This document shows, in pieces, positions 35,483 through 37,247 of a stretch of 37,247 nt of DNA. Numbering within the stretch: position 1 is the stretch's first letter; each line of letters begins with the position of its first letter. Below the pieces are notes generated by a model that was not told where the DNA came from, ran no database searches, and worked only from the letters and a program-made list of their open reading frames with translations. The translations under genes were made by a program, and so were the position numbers. Source of the DNA: Rhodanobacteraceae bacterium (lineage in GTDB: Bacteria; Pseudomonadota; Gammaproteobacteria; Xanthomonadales; Rhodanobacteraceae); assembly GCA_035694895.1 (NCBI GenBank), contig DASSFA010000048.1:1-37247 (forward strand). Reading direction: 5' to 3'.

Positions 35483-35562
35483 AAATGGGGTCAGAGTGAA
35501 GTTTCGCAGCGGCACACGGCGGAATTGAGTCGGATGTACGAAATTCACTCCGACCCCATTTT
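35483..35562. repeat. long imperfect inverted repeat spanning the rph stop codon
   Basis: AAATGGGGTCAGAGTGAAGTTTCG (35483-35506) pairs with CGAAATTCACTCCGACCCCATTT (35539-35561). The pairing has one mismatch and one bulge, and the loop is about 32 nt. The right arm encodes the last rph codons (KMGSE) and the stop. Confidence 0.6.
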
Positions 35563-36279
35563 CAGCGCCGCACGCTGCAACGCGATCAGCTCGAAGATGC
35601 CTTTCTGCGCCAGTGCCAGCATGGCGTCCATTTCCTCGCGGCGGAACGCATGGCCCTCGGCGGTACCCTGCACCTCGATGAAACCGCCGCCGTCGTTCAT
35701 CACCACGTTCATGTCGGTGTCGCAGTCGCTGTCCTCGGCGTAATCCAGGTCCAGCACCGGCATGCCGCGGTAGATGCCGACCGACACCGCGGCTACAGCG
35801 CCGAACAGCGGATCGCGCGTGATCAGTTTTCTCGAGAGCAGGACGTTCACCGCATCCACCAGCGCGACGTAGGCGCCGGTGATCGCGGCCGTGCGGGTGC
35901 CGCCGTCGGCCTGCAGCACGTCGCAGTCGAGCGTGATCACGCGCTCGCCCAGCGCCGCGCGATCGATGCACGCGCGCAGGCTGCGTCCGATCAGGCGCTG
36001 GATTTCCATGGTGCGGCCGCCCTGGCCGCCGCGCGCGGCTTCGCGTTGCGTGCGCTCGGACGTCGCGCGCGGCAACATGCCGTACTCGGCGGTGACCCAG
36101 CCCTCGCCCTTGCCGCGCAGCCACGGCGGCACGCGTTCCTCCACGCTCGCGGTACACAGCACGCGGGTATCGCCGAAGCTCACCAGCACCGAACCTTCGG
36201 CGTGGCGCGTGAAGTGGCGCTGGATCGTGACCGCGCGCAACTGGTCGGGCGCGCGGCCGGAAGGACGAATCGTGGTCAT
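35545..36279 (-). CDS. rph: ribonuclease PH
   Basis: 244 aa. [64 protein letters not shown] and [14 protein letters not shown] are classic RNase PH blocks. Confidence 0.95.
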   Translation of the reverse strand: MTTIRPSGRAPDQLRAVTIQRHFTRHAEGSVLVSFGDTRVLCTASVEERVPPWLRGKGEGWVTAEYGMLPRATSERTQREAARGGQGGRTMEIQRLIGRSLRACIDRAALGERVITLDCDVLQADGGTRTAAITGAYVALVDAVNVLLSRKLITRDPLFGAVAAVSVGIYRGMPVLDLDYAEDSDCDTDMNVVMNDGGGFIEVQGTAEGHAFRREEMDAMLALAQKGIFELIALQRAALKMGSE

Positions 36280-36487
36280 GCAAGTATCCGCGCAGGGTTC
36301 AACAGTTTACCATCGGCAGAAACTCCGAATAAGCTGCTGCGCTCGGCATCTTGCGCGCCGGCGGTGCTCGGAATGCTCATGTACTGACGTGTACACTCCG
36401 CTTCCTGCGCTCCGGCGACGCGCAACCTGCCTTCGCTCGCGACGCTTCTTCGGAGTTTCAGTTGCATCCATCTGTCGGGGAACCGCC

Positions 36488-37247
36488 ATGATCCGCAGCA
36501 TGACCGCTTACGCGAACGCGGAGGAAAACGTCGCGCAGGGCTGGCTGGCCTGCGAGTTGCGCGCGGTCAATCACCGTTTCCTCGAAATCGGCGTGCGCCT
36601 GCCTGAGGAATTGCGCGCGCTCGAACCGGCGCTGCGCGAACGGATCTCGGCGCGGATCTCGCGCGGCAAGCTGGACGTGAGCCTCCGCTATCGTCCACCG
36701 ACCACCGCGGCCGATCTGCTGCTGAACGATCGTGCGACCGAGCAGCTGTCCGCGCTTGCCTTGGAATTGCGCGCGCGCTTCCCGGAACTCGCCACCGATT
36801 TCGCCACGCTGCTGGGCTGGCCCGGCCTGCTGGTCAAGCCGGAACTGGACCAGGCGGGCCTCACGCAAGCGGCACTGGCCCTGCTCGAACGCGCCCTGGA
36901 CGAGTTCATTGCCGGCCGCCAACGCGAGGGCGACAAGCTCGCTGCTGCGATCGCCGAGCGCGTGGACGACATCGCCCGGATCGTGCGCGAGGTGCGCGGG
37001 ATCCTGCCGGAGATTCGCGCCGCCTTGCGCGCCAAACTGGAAACCAGGCTGGCCGAACTGAAGCAGCCGGTCGAACCGGGCCGGCTGGAGCAGGAGCTGG
37101 TGCTGCAGCTCTCGCGCATGGACGTGGACGAGGAACTCGACCGACTCGATGCGCACATCGCGGAAGCGCGTCGCGTGCTGGCGCTGGCCGAACCGGTCGG
37201 GCGCCGGCTGGATTTCCTGATGCAGGAATTCAACCGCGAAGCCAACA
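36488..37247 (+). CDS. yicC: YicC family protein (3' end outside the window)
   Basis: This ORF is open to the window edge and is not in the track. It reads MIRSMTAYANAEENVAQGWLACELRAVNHRFLEIGVRLPEELRALEPALRERISARISRGKLDVSL ... MDVDEELDRLDAHIAEARRVL ... GRRLDFLMQEFNREAN. These are YicC N-terminal and C-terminal (DUF1732) signatures. Divergent from rph, as in E. coli. Confidence 0.9.
   Translation, partial: MIRSMTAYANAEENVAQGWLACELRAVNHRFLEIGVRLPEELRALEPALRERISARISRGKLDVSLRYRPPTTAADLLLNDRATEQLSALALELRARFPELATDFATLLGWPGLLVKPELDQAGLTQAALALLERALDEFIAGRQREGDKLAAAIAERVDDIARIVREVRGILPEIRAALRAKLETRLAELKQPVEPGRLEQELVLQLSRMDVDEELDRLDAHIAEARRVLALAEPVGRRLDFLMQEFNREAN

Overview
Very GC-rich chromosomal segment, with codon third positions almost all G/C. 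Gene content suggests a Xanthomonadales/Lysobacterales-type gammaproteobacterium; that is inference, no search was run. I support about 29 protein genes, two riboswitches and several intergenic repeat families. I saw no tRNA, rRNA, CRISPR array, transposase or integrase, but the tRNA check was only by eye.

Gene order, left to right:
- Four TPR-sulfotransferase paralogs (1-4805).
- An ECF sigma / anti-sigma / DUF4097 operon (4810-6819).
- GTP-type PEP carboxykinase, then a TetR regulator divergent from an alpha/beta hydrolase-fadE pair.
- prfC and a secreted M20 peptidase.
- A SAM-I riboswitch controlling metB-hom.
- On the minus strand: an APC permease, pepQ, and two consecutive DUF1631-like + PilZ gene pairs (22279-27511).
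- A cobalamin-riboswitch-controlled btuB.
- About 400 bp of structured non-coding DNA.
- A CPXCG mini zinc-ribbon gene divergent from three tandem JmjC/cupin-type oxygenase paralogs (30354-33394).
- hemW, rdgB, rph and the start of yicC.

Best candidates for an undescribed system:
1. The duplicated, translationally coupled DUF1631-like/PilZ module, a putative c-di-GMP output device.
2. The mosaic triple JmjC-oxygenase array.
3. The four-gene TPR-sulfotransferase cluster.

Most long ORFs in the track are antisense or out-of-frame artefacts of the high GC content. Many track ORFs also carry spurious N-terminal extensions; I trimmed these using homology-type reasoning and Shine-Dalgarno (SD) positions. 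All family assignments come from motif recognition by eye and need HMM or BLAST confirmation.
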